From: a virus
Taxonomy: Duplodnaviria; Caudoviricetes
Virus record (IMG/VR): IMGVR_UViG_3300021399_000100
Strand: one strand, 5' to 3'
DNA length: 64,000 nucleotides
Positions 48,292 to 59,693 of this stretch are shown piece by piece. Within the stretch, counting starts at the first letter, position 1. Every line of letters starts with the position of its first letter. The position numbers and the translations under genes are program-made. The notes beneath the pieces are model-generated. The model made no database searches. It saw nothing but the letters and a program-made list of their open reading frames with translations, and was not told the origin of the DNA.

Positions 48292-51200
48292 TTAATCTTT
48301 ATTGTGTGAATAGAACGTACAATAGAAATCTTTTAGCTTCCAGTATGGAGCATTACATGCTTGAACTGCATCAAAGATGTATCTATCCATATACATAGAA
48401 ACAGCTTTAGGCATATCAATCTGACTCTTAGGTGAGTTTGAATCAGCTGACTCTATATTAGTAGGACAATAGTCCAAAGTGTTTTCTTTGTAGTACTGTA
48501 CATTACCACTTTCATCAGTTAACTTCAATTCGAGATAACCTACACCTTTAGGTCCTACTTTTACAGCTATTTCTACATCAACCCATTGATCTAATGGGAA
48601 ATAGATGTGAGGATTTGCTGGAATAACATAACCTTGTTCATTGTAATGCTCATCAGTAGAGTAATCAAGGTCACGAACTCCAAAATAAATTTCACCGTTT
48701 CTTCTCCATGAGATGTATGCTGTAAATGATTTACCACCATTATTTAAACTCAAAGCAGAAGGGAACTTAATCTCGGTCAATTGCCACCATGAAGATAGAT
48801 GATCATCCCATCTTGATTCAAGAGTAGCTATTGCAGCATCATGGAATGCTTTTGGTAAATACATCTTAAAGCTCTCGTGGAACTCGTCGCATTTTAAGTC
48901 GTAGATACTTCCTGGCAAATTAGTATTATCAAAGCTTGCATACTCCAAAGAGATTTCTGCCCTTTCGAGATTTTGATCAAGTGTTTTAACTATTTCGAAT
49001 TTACCGCAAGTGCCATCCCAACTCAAATACAAACTATCTCCAAGCTGGTCGTATGCTCTGTACCACAAACCGTACATATTAGAACGGAATGGAATAGAAC
49101 AAACTTGTTCGAGTCTTGATACAAGTTTATATTCAGCTTCTATTCTTGCAGGATAAGGTGCTGTAAATGAAGAACCTAGATGTACTAATCCTTGAGGCAA
49201 TGTAGTGAAATCATTAGTTTCAACTCCGTCAACATAAACCTTAACTGTATCATTAGTCAGGAAAGGATATGAGAATTGATACCAACCATCCGCATGTGCT
49301 ACATTGCATATTACGTTCTGCTCTCTGATTACCCGACTACCAGTAATAGGAACTAAAGATTCACGAAGAACATTGTCGGCATAATTTTCATCTACAACAT
49401 TAAGGTTTGCCGAAGACTCTGAATTAATCTCAATCTCAACAGGGGTCGTTGCAGCGTCAATCGCTGATTTTATACCCTTAGATTTCACAGGATTATCACT
49501 GCCTGCTGTAGGAGCATTGTCAAAAGTCAATGCAGATTGGTAACCTGTTAGATCAATATTGACAACTCCACTTGTAGGAGTTAAAGCTGCATTGTTGACT
49601 TTTACACCAGTAATACCAACATTCAGATCAGTAATCTCACTTGCTGTATGGGTATGAGAGGCATTAGCTTTCCCTGATAAAGCAGATGCAAGAGCATAAT
49701 CTTCAAGAGAAGAAGCTAATGCATAACCACTCAAATCAATGTTCGCAGTACCATTAGCATTTAAGACCGTCGTGCCATTTACTTTAACGTCTTTAACCTT
49801 TCCCAAGTCATCTGCATCGAAATCTGTAATCTCACTCAAAGTATGAGTATGTGATACATTTGCTTTGCCTGCGAGAGCTGTATATGTACCTCCAGAAGAT
49901 ACTGCATCAGTAGAACCTTGTGTAGGAGTTTCATCTATGCTGATATTACTTCCTCCACCTTGAGTAGTCACATTAAGCGTTACAGGAGTAGTTGCAGTAG
50001 CCAATTCTTGATCAGTAGCATAACCACTAAGGTCTGATGCTGTTACATAGCCAGCCGACTGTATTTCTGATTTGGTAGCAAAACCACTGGTATCTATATT
50101 AGCAACACCGTTGTTTACAACAGATTCGTTATTAACTGTGACGTCAGATACAGCTCCAAATTGGCTTGGATCCAAATCGGTAATATCTGATACAGTATGA
50201 GTATGACCTACATTAGATTTTCCTGCTAATGCAGTATATGTACCTCCTGACGACACTGCATTAGCAGAACCTGATGTAGGAGCTTCATCAATATCAATAT
50301 TGCTACCTCCGCCACCTTGAGTAGTAACATTAAGTGTTACAGGAGTAGTAGCCTGAGCTAATTCTGCATCAGTAACAAAATCACTTATGTCTGTTATATC
50401 TGCAGAAGTATGTTTATGCCCAACATCCGCCTTACCGCTAATGTCCTGATGTTCAGTCAGATAATTACCAATAGGCTGATATCTTTCATCTGCTTCAGTA
50501 ACAGTGAGGACACCTTCAGGAACTTCACTACCAGCAGAAACACTGCTCCATTCGGTGCCGTTATACCAACAAGGGTTATCTGTTGTAGTATTATACCAAG
50601 TAGCACCTTCGGCAACATCCCATTTAATACCGATATTCAACGAGGCAAGTCCTGCTAATTCATTTGATGTACCAGAACCAGACAGCAAGCTTAATTTACC
50701 GTTTTTGCCGAGACATACAAATGTAGCAGTGCCATCAACTAAGAATGCATTAAAGCTTGTTGGATAAGATGCAGGTTCCTCACTTCCTGTAGTACCATTA
50801 GAAACACAGTAATAAACATATTCAGAACCATTTACTGTCTTGGTAAAGTAATTATAGTTACCAAAATTGACAAAATGATTCATCCAGGTCATGTCATTAC
50901 AACTATAAGATTTGCTTGCCTCTCTTGGTGATGGAGCAAATAAAATACCACATCCACCCATATCTGTAACGGCAAAGACCATAGGTTTATTTCTATTATT
51001 CTCCCCTTGCAAGGTAGAATCCAGGTTCTTCTTAAAATCTAGATAGTACTTCTTACCAAGATGTGCATTAAACAAGATCTTCTCATTACCAGTAAGTTGA
51101 TCCAAAGAGCCCTTAAGGAACTTATACATAAAGCCCTTTTCAATATCAACACTAGCAGTTGCTTTAGGAAGCAAGGTGTAAATTCTGTCTACTAAGCCAT

Positions 51201-53703
51201 CTATATTCCATGTACTCTTTATACGAATAGCGAATCTTGTATCATTTTTAATTGATACATTTCTACGCATATCGAACGACGAGTTACCAAATCCTCCTAT
51301 CTGCATGCCAAGCCATCCGCTTCCCAAACATCTCTTGGTATTAGTTAAATCTGCAGTATAATCAGTTACAGAGAACTTAGTATCGCCACAGATATTGAAC
51401 AAACCGCTATTGTTCTTTGGGAAAGAGATACCAAAGTATGTATAGAAGTTCTGGTTATTCTTGTTGAAAGCTTCATTCAGAATTGGCTCCAGAGTATTAA
51501 GATTAATATCGAAATAATCTCTTGCAGAAGTATTCGAGATTATTCTCAATGGATTTCTCTCTCCTTCGAACGAAACATACTGCGTTCCATTCTGATGATC
51601 AAATGTTCTCTTGTAGTCAAGATAAGAATTTGGACCTACAACAGAACACTCAGACTCTTTAGTTGCATTAAATGTATTCTTAATAGTAGAAGGAGTGTTA
51701 TTGAAGAAGTTCTTCGACTGTACACACACATAATGTGTATAGCCTAAATCAGTATTATTCAGGTCGCCACACAGTATACAATGTGATGTAGTAATCAAAG
51801 GATGCTCGAAGCTATCATAAACGCCGTGGAATCTATTACCGATCAGTCTCAATACCAATCTACAGTTGTTCTCTGCAGTTTTGCCAGGAACATCTTCCGT
51901 ATAGAAGAAGTAAGCCTGCTCCCTGCCATTATTCTCTACATGGCAGTAAGAAACTTCAAGCTCAGAGAATGCCAAAGATTGACTTTCGCACCAGATGAAG
52001 TAATTACATTTTCTACCATAGTTCCACGCTACATTAGAGATCTTACCAATAACACCGCATTGGTCTCTGTAGGTATTGTTCATGTTACCAGGAACAGTAC
52101 TAAAACCAATCAGTGCTTTATAAGGTCTAGCTGGAGTTTCATTTGAACTTGGGCTTCCATCTTCATTTTGAGCGTGATCCGAGAATTGATACAAATCCTT
52201 ATATGACTTGTAGTAATCCGAAATGTTGTTGAATACCGCGGTTGTACTCATTACATTATTAAATGCTATACAAGCGGCACCTGGAACAACCATAATGTCT
52301 TCGAACGTAGACTTATTGATAACTACATTTGATATTATCTTTGTGTTATCCTCTTCCAGTTCATCCAAGTAAGCAGGAGAATCCACGCAGTTACCTCTAA
52401 TAGCAATCAACATCAATTCTCTGAATGACATACATCCTGGAGAATGTTGTCCGTGAGACTCAAACGAGATACATGCTCGAATTGAAGTTATACATAGCGA
52501 CGATATGTCAAATATAAATGAGTTTTCAATAATGATACCTTTATCCAAGAAAGCTAAACATGTTTTAGTTCTACCTACACCTTCCAGCTTACAGTTCTGG
52601 GTCCAATAGAACTCTTTGATTCTTTCTTTGAATGGATAAATTCTACGACCAAACTTAATAACCATTTGGTCACCATTGCGCTGAGTATTACCATATCTAT
52701 TGCTTATGGTGCCATAATATCTATCTCCTATAACACCTTCAACAATACATCTGATAATAGTATTATTTGTAGTAGAGACTCTATTTAACTTTTGGTAATA
52801 AGTACTTGCACTTTGTTCCCCTGCAAAAGGATTAACAGTAGTTTCCTCTCTTAAAGCAGCATACAATGATTTGTCATAATTAGATTTATGCTCATTATAA
52901 TACGTTTTCCAATTATCATAAGCAACAGAAGTAGGAACGTATTCATCATCTTTCAACTGGAATACTGTTCTACAGAAAGTAGTATAATCACTATCAGACC
53001 ATTCTTCGAACTGCCACCAATCAAAGTTTACAGTACCGCCCTTTTCAGCGAAGAAGGTAAGAGTTGTAGTAAAGCTTCGGTAGGCATTTACAAATACGAC
53101 GCTTGGGTCCTGCAACAACTGCAATCTACCATTAGTAATAGTATGGCCATTCAGGTCAATTTGAACGCCTGGATTAATAAGGAGTCTCTTTCCGTCCAGG
53201 TCGATGTCCTCAGTTAAAAGATAATGACCATTTGCTATCTGATACAAAGTGAAATTAGCATCGCCAGAACCAGGCATAAAGCCAATATAGTTCTCTGCTT
53301 CAAGAGAATCAATATAGTCCTGAGTGATTCTTACTCTATCATGATCAGCATAAGCTTTCGTAGCGTAAGTAGATAAATCAACTTCTCCACCTCCTCCTAA
53401 CTGAGCTTGTGCTATCTGCTCATTAACATAGGTTTCAGTAGCTAGTCCTGTTATAGATGGCACCGTTATATTTGCATTACCATTATTATCCACAACAGAA
53501 GAGCCATTTACTTTAACGTCTTTTACTGCATCATCACCACTGCCTTCATTGGCAACTAATTCATCAAGGGTGTCTTGTACACTTTGCTGTCTTACTTCAT
53601 CATAAACAGCAATAGCAGAGGTTAGCATCCCATCTTTAGTCTGAGGAAGAAGGTGGGAGCCAATTTTTATAGGGTTGGTTAAAGCCGATTCTGTAACTGC
53701 CAT
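48292..53703 (-). CDS. Large tail fibre / tailspike (1803 aa)
   Basis: HTH/H.H repeats, VKDVKVNG repeats and a beta-helix-like middle. Confidence 0.8.
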   Translation of the reverse strand: MAVTESALTNPIKIGSHLLPQTKDGMLTSAIAVYDEVRQQSVQDTLDELVANEGSGDDAVKDVKVNGSSVVDNNGNANITVPSITGLATETYVNEQIAQAQLGGGGEVDLSTYATKAYADHDRVRITQDYIDSLEAENYIGFMPGSGDANFTLYQIANGHYLLTEDIDLDGKRLLINPGVQIDLNGHTITNGRLQLLQDPSVVFVNAYRSFTTTLTFFAEKGGTVNFDWWQFEEWSDSDYTTFCRTVFQLKDDEYVPTSVAYDNWKTYYNEHKSNYDKSLYAALREETTVNPFAGEQSASTYYQKLNRVSTTNNTIIRCIVEGVIGDRYYGTISNRYGNTQRNGDQMVIKFGRRIYPFKERIKEFYWTQNCKLEGVGRTKTCLAFLDKGIIIENSFIFDISSLCITSIRACISFESHGQHSPGCMSFRELMLIAIRGNCVDSPAYLDELEEDNTKIISNVVINKSTFEDIMVVPGAACIAFNNVMSTTAVFNNISDYYKSYKDLYQFSDHAQNEDGSPSSNETPARPYKALIGFSTVPGNMNNTYRDQCGVIGKISNVAWNYGRKCNYFIWCESQSLAFSELEVSYCHVENNGREQAYFFYTEDVPGKTAENNCRLVLRLIGNRFHGVYDSFEHPLITTSHCILCGDLNNTDLGYTHYVCVQSKNFFNNTPSTIKNTFNATKESECSVVGPNSYLDYKRTFDHQNGTQYVSFEGERNPLRIISNTSARDYFDINLNTLEPILNEAFNKNNQNFYTYFGISFPKNNSGLFNICGDTKFSVTDYTADLTNTKRCLGSGWLGMQIGGFGNSSFDMRRNVSIKNDTRFAIRIKSTWNIDGLVDRIYTLLPKATASVDIEKGFMYKFLKGSLDQLTGNEKILFNAHLGKKYYLDFKKNLDSTLQGENNRNKPMVFAVTDMGGCGILFAPSPREASKSYSCNDMTWMNHFVNFGNYNYFTKTVNGSEYVYYCVSNGTTGSEEPASYPTSFNAFLVDGTATFVCLGKNGKLSLLSGSGTSNELAGLASLNIGIKWDVAEGATWYNTTTDNPCWYNGTEWSSVSAGSEVPEGVLTVTEADERYQPIGNYLTEHQDISGKADVGHKHTSADITDISDFVTDAELAQATTPVTLNVTTQGGGGSNIDIDEAPTSGSANAVSSGGTYTALAGKSNVGHTHTVSDITDLDPSQFGAVSDVTVNNESVVNNGVANIDTSGFATKSEIQSAGYVTASDLSGYATDQELATATTPVTLNVTTQGGGSNISIDETPTQGSTDAVSSGGTYTALAGKANVSHTHTLSEITDFDADDLGKVKDVKVNGTTVLNANGTANIDLSGYALASSLEDYALASALSGKANASHTHTASEITDLNVGITGVKVNNAALTPTSGVVNIDLTGYQSALTFDNAPTAGSDNPVKSKGIKSAIDAATTPVEIEINSESSANLNVVDENYADNVLRESLVPITGSRVIREQNVICNVAHADGWYQFSYPFLTNDTVKVYVDGVETNDFTTLPQGLVHLGSSFTAPYPARIEAEYKLVSRLEQVCSIPFRSNMYGLWYRAYDQLGDSLYLSWDGTCGKFEIVKTLDQNLERAEISLEYASFDNTNLPGSIYDLKCDEFHESFKMYLPKAFHDAAIATLESRWDDHLSSWWQLTEIKFPSALSLNNGGKSFTAYISWRRNGEIYFGVRDLDYSTDEHYNEQGYVIPANPHIYFPLDQWVDVEIAVKVGPKGVGYLELKLTDESGNVQYYKENTLDYCPTNIESADSNSPKSQIDMPKAVSMYMDRYIFDAVQACNAPYWKLKDFYCTFYSHNKD

Positions 53704-53746
53704 ATTTAATTGATTCTGAAGTTTATATATTTAATTGATTAATTGA

Positions 53747-54679
53747 TTAATTGATTTTGAGATTAAACAGGAATTGCCCTGCACTTAATCTTTCACCCCA
53801 TCTATAAATACTGTAAGTACCGAGACCCGTCTCAGAAGGAGTGTACTTTGCAGTAGAAGACTCTAATGCGCTAAGGCCTACGATATTGTTGGCATCTCCC
53901 ATCGTTCTCGTATTAGGAATTGCAAACCACAAATAATCCTTAGTCATTGTAACAGGAGTATTACTTTCATCAATAGCATTTCTTCCAGTCTTTAAGTTAG
54001 TCCGTGTTCCGGAAATAAGATCCATAACAACCTGAGCAGGATCAGCTAAAGTTCCAGATGCATCTTCGAATACAAACCAAGGTTTAGAGAAACTAACCTT
54101 CTTCGAACTTCCTGTGGCCGTCCCAGTCTTGTCATCTGAGTTAGTTACTGAAGCTGTAATAGCACCAGAAGAAGCTGATGTTGCTGTAGGGTCTACTGTA
54201 ACTGTTTTAGTATATGTATTGCCACTCTTAGTCCATCCAGAAGTGCTTGATGTTACACTGCTGACGCTTACTGGCTGGCTTCCCGAATCATTGGATTTGG
54301 TAACAGAAAAGCTTGCAGTGAAGGTAATCTGAGTTGTAGCACTTGGTAAGCTCAAAGATGCTGGATTAGCAGCTATAGAACACGCATATCCGTATGTGTA
54401 GCTCAGCTTTCCTTCAAGATAAGCAATCATATCCGCTGTGATTCTTGGGTCTGAACCTGAAGTTTCTACATTAAGGTTGATGTTTCCGGTCTGGTCTATA
54501 CCCTGTTTTGTTCCGTCGTTTATAGACGCGGTTCTAGCATAACGAGAATCAGACTCTGCTTTTGTATATGCATCTATTGAAGATCCACTTCCTGCACCAG
54601 CATTTTGCGAATCAATATATTGCTTGATAGCCACAACAGTCTGGCGTAACTGATCGGCAGACGTGAATTTCTTCTTCAT
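53747..54679 (-). CDS. Tail-fibre module protein (Ser/Thr-rich, Ig-like)
   Basis: DAYTKAESDSRY fibre motif; late motif at 54708-54714. Confidence 0.7.
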   Translation of the reverse strand: MKKKFTSADQLRQTVVAIKQYIDSQNAGAGSGSSIDAYTKAESDSRYARTASINDGTKQGIDQTGNINLNVETSGSDPRITADMIAYLEGKLSYTYGYACSIAANPASLSLPSATTQITFTASFSVTKSNDSGSQPVSVSSVTSSTSGWTKSGNTYTKTVTVDPTATSASSGAITASVTNSDDKTGTATGSSKKVSFSKPWFVFEDASGTLADPAQVVMDLISGTRTNLKTGRNAIDESNTPVTMTKDYLWFAIPNTRTMGDANNIVGLSALESSTAKYTPSETGLGTYSIYRWGERLSAGQFLFNLKIN

Positions 54680-54743
54680 ATCATATGTTCAAATATATTC
54701 TATATATTATTTACATATAACGCGAAGATATTCTTATGCTCTA

Positions 54744-55184
54744 TCAGAAATGGACAATTATTTTCTTATACAATCCGTCAGCACTCTTATAAACAATGTA
54801 TGGCTTCTTCCTCATATCATATGATATCTTGACACCTGCAGTTATCTCTCCACTTCCGTCTGTTGATATCACTGTAGCATCTATGATCGCCCTTCTATCA
54901 TCTTTATCTATCGGTGGATAGAGGTCTGACGTAGCAATTGCCTGCCATATAGGGCACGTGTTGTCTAGCTCACATTTAATAAAGCAGTTGCATCCGCATA
55001 CTCTGCAAGTATCATTTCTCCGAGCTTTGCACGCTTTGCATCTAGTTATTCTATCATATACTTTGTCAAAGCTTCTAGCTTCTCCACTCTCCATTGTGAG
55101 ATTATCTGCTATACTGTGGTATATTGCTTTTAGAAATTTCCATGCGGCTCTGGGAATTATAGCAATTGCTTCTTGAATTTTCAT
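54744..55184 (-). CDS. Cys-rich protein (DUF6171-like)
   Basis: R...C..C......C..CGC....K......CP. Confidence 0.6.
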   Translation of the reverse strand: MKIQEAIAIIPRAAWKFLKAIYHSIADNLTMESGEARSFDKVYDRITRCKACKARRNDTCRVCGCNCFIKCELDNTCPIWQAIATSDLYPPIDKDDRRAIIDATVISTDGSGEITAGVKISYDMRKKPYIVYKSADGLYKKIIVHF

Positions 55185-55221
55185 TTTAATGTTACATGTT
55201 ATGCGTTATTTACGACCGTGG

Positions 55222-55674
55222 TTACATTCCAACTACTTTCATAAATAGTTCATTGCTTGCTTTGCGAACTTGCTCCATCGATTTGACGATGTCGTTGCGA
55301 GTTTCCTCTACTTCATCTGACATATGCATAGACTTCTGCCATCTATGAATGAGTTCATCCATAGTCTTTGAAGTGTAATTTACTAGAGGCAACATGTCAC
55401 GTGCTTTCTCTTGTGCACGTACAAATTCTCTGTAATAATCTTGCATTGTGCGGATAACATCGTCTACATTATCAGTTACCTTGTCGCAGAAGGTTGCAGT
55501 TCTTCCGTCATTTAGATGGAAGAAATGCTTAATGACATATTGGCACGATGCATCGTCATAAAATACAGTAACACCTTCGGTGTGTTCTGAATTGTACACT
55601 GTGTACATCATATTATTATTAGCAGAGACGCTCATTCCTAAGGCCTCTGCTGTTGTGATCACTGTCTCATCCAT
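55222..55674 (-). CDS. Hypothetical protein
   Basis: 150-aa ORF. Confidence 0.65.
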   Translation of the reverse strand: MDETVITTAEALGMSVSANNNMMYTVYNSEHTEGVTVFYDDASCQYVIKHFFHLNDGRTATFCDKVTDNVDDVIRTMQDYYREFVRAQEKARDMLPLVNYTSKTMDELIHRWQKSMHMSDEVEETRNDIVKSMEQVRKASNELFMKVVGM

Positions 55675-55988
55675 ACTGGTACAAATATTGTTGGTCTGGC
55701 TGACTCGCCAGCCATTATTTTTGAAATCAGTTCCTTTTCGGTGTGGCCGAAAAACCGTCTACCGTTGATTATGACCTCAACATCAATCATAGGTCTATCA
55801 AACTCTTGGCCTCCGATATTTGAACAGAGTACCTTTTTATGTTATTCGTCACTTTCATAACCCTGTGTTTTAATTATATCTTAAAGATACGCTAATTATT
55901 TCACATATCCACTCCTTATGCAACGAATTTTTTAATATACATGTGAAAATATATAGGATGTATCAACTATATACTAATAGAATCACTA

Positions 55989-57614
55989 CTATTCCTGAGA
56001 TGGAGTAGGGTCGTATTCTATATTTTTCCATTTTATACCAGTATACATTTCTGAAGGTATATGCCTAGTATATGGGTCGTTGTCACCTTCATAATATTTG
56101 ATCTTTCCGAACATATTGAAAAATATTACGTGCGACGTCAGATAATGATACTCATCCCGAATAGGCCAGTCATATAGGGTATATTCATAATTCTCCCTAG
56201 TAGGGACTTCTGTAGACGCATATATTTTATACTGCATGGTGATGCTGTTAGGTGAACCATCGTATGACTGAGGCCCTTCTGCACGGGTTCCTCCTTCTCT
56301 AAAAGAATTGCAGTAATCATTTTCATAGCCCCATGAGTTGTCGTATAGCATAGAAGATACTAACTCTGACGTACATATAACAGCATTGTTATTATGTACA
56401 ACGACATAAATGTCCATTCGATGCCCCATGCTTATTACTGCATGGATTCGGCTTGCTGCCTCTTCTGTAGCAGCATTTGCGTCAAGAACTTCTGATGAAC
56501 CATTGAAATAATGAACATTGCTGAACTCAACTCTAGGTTCATGGAACCCTCTAGAGTACATTATAAAGCAATCTGCTGATAAGTATTTATTACCATCCCA
56601 AAGCTGTATGTTGACCCAATCCCATCTAGTACCCTCCATCAGATATCTATACTCATTATTGATGCCTTCACTGTTACCAAACACACTGTTGTCAAATACA
56701 CTGCATACGTATACTCTATATCCTTCTGGGCACGATGAATCATCTACTTCTGGTCTGAATCCGACAGTTTCCGATTCAGCATCAATTACGCATCCGTTGC
56801 AACGTCGGTCAAGCCAGAAATCAGAAGAATAATACTCGTGCTCTATAGTATATGTATAATCATTGAGAGACATATTCTTCGATGTAGAATCCTCTTCTAT
56901 AAGGGCGAATTCATTAGGGAGAGCTCTTCCAGATGTGCTTATTGCTTTTTTATCATCGTCTCCGGTGATTATATGATATTTAGCAGGGTCACACGGAGTG
57001 AGCTTGCTAACATCTATCCAATGAGACATTCCTATATGATATATGTCAATATCAGGGCCGTTTACGTTCTTTGACATTATATTATATGTATTCATATATC
57101 TCAATGTCCTCACGTATGGCCCATAGACTGTTGTGAACAATCCTGCAGCCAGCATATAGTCGGTTACTTTAATATCATGGGTATACCCTAGACTGGTTGG
57201 GATAATATTTGACTGGGATAGATCTATGTATTCTTCCACTAAGCCACAATATGACAAATAATAATTATTAGACACATTATATGGCTTGCTCGGTGTATTA
57301 TATACAGTAGATCCAGATGATGAAGACACTAGCATGTGTGGTGTCCTGTCGGCTTCTGTGCTCACGCTAGATATACCGCTACATAGATAAAGTCTCAGGC
57401 ACTGAGACTCTCCTAGACTGCTCAGGCCTTTCCATGTAGTGCTAAACTTAGACGTCTCTGGATTATATATGCTATCATCTACAGCATATCTCATGCCTGC
57501 TGAGTATCCTGATGAAGGGATATCAATATCTAATGAAGAAGATATATAAGGGAACTCTATATCATCTTTAGCGTTCTGGTTTTCGAATATTCGTAATCTG
57601 TGGTATACTTCCAT
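55989..57614 (-). CDS. Hypothetical late protein (start revised to MEVYHRL)
   Basis: GTAAATA at 57640-57646 (-). Confidence 0.7.
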   Translation of the reverse strand: MEVYHRLRIFENQNAKDDIEFPYISSSLDIDIPSSGYSAGMRYAVDDSIYNPETSKFSTTWKGLSSLGESQCLRLYLCSGISSVSTEADRTPHMLVSSSSGSTVYNTPSKPYNVSNNYYLSYCGLVEEYIDLSQSNIIPTSLGYTHDIKVTDYMLAAGLFTTVYGPYVRTLRYMNTYNIMSKNVNGPDIDIYHIGMSHWIDVSKLTPCDPAKYHIITGDDDKKAISTSGRALPNEFALIEEDSTSKNMSLNDYTYTIEHEYYSSDFWLDRRCNGCVIDAESETVGFRPEVDDSSCPEGYRVYVCSVFDNSVFGNSEGINNEYRYLMEGTRWDWVNIQLWDGNKYLSADCFIMYSRGFHEPRVEFSNVHYFNGSSEVLDANAATEEAASRIHAVISMGHRMDIYVVVHNNNAVICTSELVSSMLYDNSWGYENDYCNSFREGGTRAEGPQSYDGSPNSITMQYKIYASTEVPTRENYEYTLYDWPIRDEYHYLTSHVIFFNMFGKIKYYEGDNDPYTRHIPSEMYTGIKWKNIEYDPTPSQE

Positions 57615-57787
57615 ATGGATAAGTATTATTCTTATGTCATATTTACGATAGTATACCCATAATCGAGCACAATCTACCAAATAATGTAAAAATTTCTACA
57701 AAAGATTTGGCAAATATCAAAATAATTAGTATTTTTATATCATAAGAAAACGAGATAGTATTAACATTAAATTTTGGAGGACAGAAT

Positions 57788-58108
57788 ATGAAACCGATGG
57801 ATTTAGCACGAATAGCAGCGCACGAGTCAATCATGACGTTGATATTTATAAAGAAAGATGGCAGCATAAGAAAAGTGCTTGCTTCTAGGAGTAATTTAAT
57901 GTATGACGCAGCAAATGTAGCAGCAGGTCATACCTGGATGCACGAAGGCACTCCTTCAGGTTGCTTTTCTTTCGTAGATGTGAAAGAAAACAAATGGAAG
58001 AGGTTGACTATTGAAAATTTGATAGCAGTCAAAAGAGCAGATGGTACAGTATTTTGCACCACAAAGAAAGCTTTGAAAGCTGCTGAGAAGGTTGTAGGAA
58101 GAATCTGA
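57788..58108 (+). CDS. WYL_2 / SH3 beta-barrel-like small protein
   Basis: F.KKDGSIR...A and F.D.....WK motifs; early promoter at 57730-57737. Confidence 0.65.
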   Translation: MKPMDLARIAAHESIMTLIFIKKDGSIRKVLASRSNLMYDAANVAAGHTWMHEGTPSGCFSFVDVKENKWKRLTIENLIAVKRADGTVFCTTKKALKAAEKVVGRI

Positions 58109-58129
58109 TTCATTTTGATATATTATTTT

Positions 58130-58166
58130 AAAAGGCCGTATCTTGTTTATGAGATGCGGCCTTTTT
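58130..58166. terminator. Bidirectional terminator
   Basis: AAAAGGCCGTATCT...AGATGCGGCCTTTT. Confidence 0.8.
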
Positions 58167-58182
58167 ATGAGGGGTTACTTTG

Positions 58183-58368
58183 TTATTTTACCTTACATGA
58201 TGCTTCATGATAAGGAACTGTCTTGAATGGCACTTTTTGATATATATGCTTTTTGTCCACCAATTCAGCCCTAGACTTCTCTAATGATGTCTCAACATAC
58301 CAGTTGCCCCATAGAAGCATTGCTATCCCTGCTAAAATAAATAATACTGTCATATTTCTTGAATGCAC
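58183..58368 (-). CDS. Small membrane-anchored protein
   Basis: N-terminal TM; follows the ligase. Confidence 0.5.
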   Translation of the reverse strand: MHSRNMTVLFILAGIAMLLWGNWYVETSLEKSRAELVDKKHIYQKVPFKTVPYHEASCKVK

Positions 58369-58372
58369 TATA

Positions 58373-59692
58373 TTAGTCGAATCTACCTGTCTTGTCGTAC
58401 AAGAACACTTTGATAGGGAATCTCATGCTTTTCTCACCCTTATCATTAGTTGTCTCTTCAAAGTATTTAACTTTAAGGACTCTACCAATGAGTTGTTCTG
58501 GCTCTGATGCATAATTCTTGCGCTCATCTAAAGACCATCCAGACCCTACCGAACAAGTGTATCCCTTGTAGTATACTTCAACAGAGGCTAGTACATTATG
58601 AAGGACGGTGTTCTTGTAACGGAAATCACCTAATGTGTAACCTGTAATGGTAAACTCACCATCTTCGAAAGATTTGATTTTCAACAAGTTATCAGTCCGC
58701 TTACCTTCCCATGAAACATCCTTACGGATCATCAGGCCTTCCCAGCCAGCATCCTCTGCCTTGTTGAACTCTTCCATGAGCATGTCTTCATCAACCACCT
58801 TCTTTTGGTCAACAATAATAACATTGTCTCCTAAAACCTCTTTATTGCGATTGAAGAACTCTTGGAGTGTTTTATATCTTTCAGAGAATATAGCACTAGT
58901 CTCTTCACCATATGCGACCTCTAGTGAATACATATCGAATACCATCATAACTGGGTCAGGGATAGTGTAATCCTTTCTCTTGACTTGGGATACGATAGAT
59001 TTGAAATCATCGTGATCCAAGCCACTTTTGGTTATGACTTCTCCATCTAAGACGAAATCGCCAGGGATTTGTTGGAATATATTTTTGAGGACTTCTAGAG
59101 TAGTGAACTCTTTACCCGTACGGGAAAGGGTCAGTACCTTGTCGCTCTGCTTAATTATATTTAATCGGCAGCCGTCCAATTTGCGAGACATGTACCAGTC
59201 GTCCTTTTCGAAGTTGACCTTCTTCTTTTTGTTAAAATATGAGTTTGCTAAAGATACCCCAAGTGTCTTGTTAGTCTTGACACATGCCTTATATGTAGCA
59301 GAAGATACTCCACATTTCAGATCCTTGTCCAAGATGCATTCTAGTACTTCTGCTGCACCTTTGCTAAGAGCTTCGTGATATGTTTTCAGCAAATCCTTTT
59401 TCTGAGAAGCACTGATGCTTTGTATCTGCAAAGTGGCTAACGCAGCAGATACCTCTATGTCACTTACAGAGGATTCCTTATTATCAGTACGGGAAGAGGC
59501 TGGATGCTCAAAGATTTTAGAGGTCAGGGAGAACTTCTCAGAATTGAATATCATATCGAGAACAGTCATGACTGCCTTGTTATCTTTGTACATGCTGACA
59601 AATTCACGGAGCTTAGCCTTTTTATTGTTCGCGGAGTTATCCTCAAGCAGATCCTGTCGCAATGAGGCTACAATGTCTAATTGGTTTTCCAT
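58373..59692 (-). CDS. lig: ATP-dependent DNA ligase
   Basis: KLDGCR, LDGE, FD, EGLMIR, LLKIK, VGSG and SMRFP. Confidence 0.95.
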   Translation of the reverse strand: MENQLDIVASLRQDLLEDNSANNKKAKLREFVSMYKDNKAVMTVLDMIFNSEKFSLTSKIFEHPASSRTDNKESSVSDIEVSAALATLQIQSISASQKKDLLKTYHEALSKGAAEVLECILDKDLKCGVSSATYKACVKTNKTLGVSLANSYFNKKKKVNFEKDDWYMSRKLDGCRLNIIKQSDKVLTLSRTGKEFTTLEVLKNIFQQIPGDFVLDGEVITKSGLDHDDFKSIVSQVKRKDYTIPDPVMMVFDMYSLEVAYGEETSAIFSERYKTLQEFFNRNKEVLGDNVIIVDQKKVVDEDMLMEEFNKAEDAGWEGLMIRKDVSWEGKRTDNLLKIKSFEDGEFTITGYTLGDFRYKNTVLHNVLASVEVYYKGYTCSVGSGWSLDERKNYASEPEQLIGRVLKVKYFEETTNDKGEKSMRFPIKVFLYDKTGRFD

Positions 59693-59693
59693 A

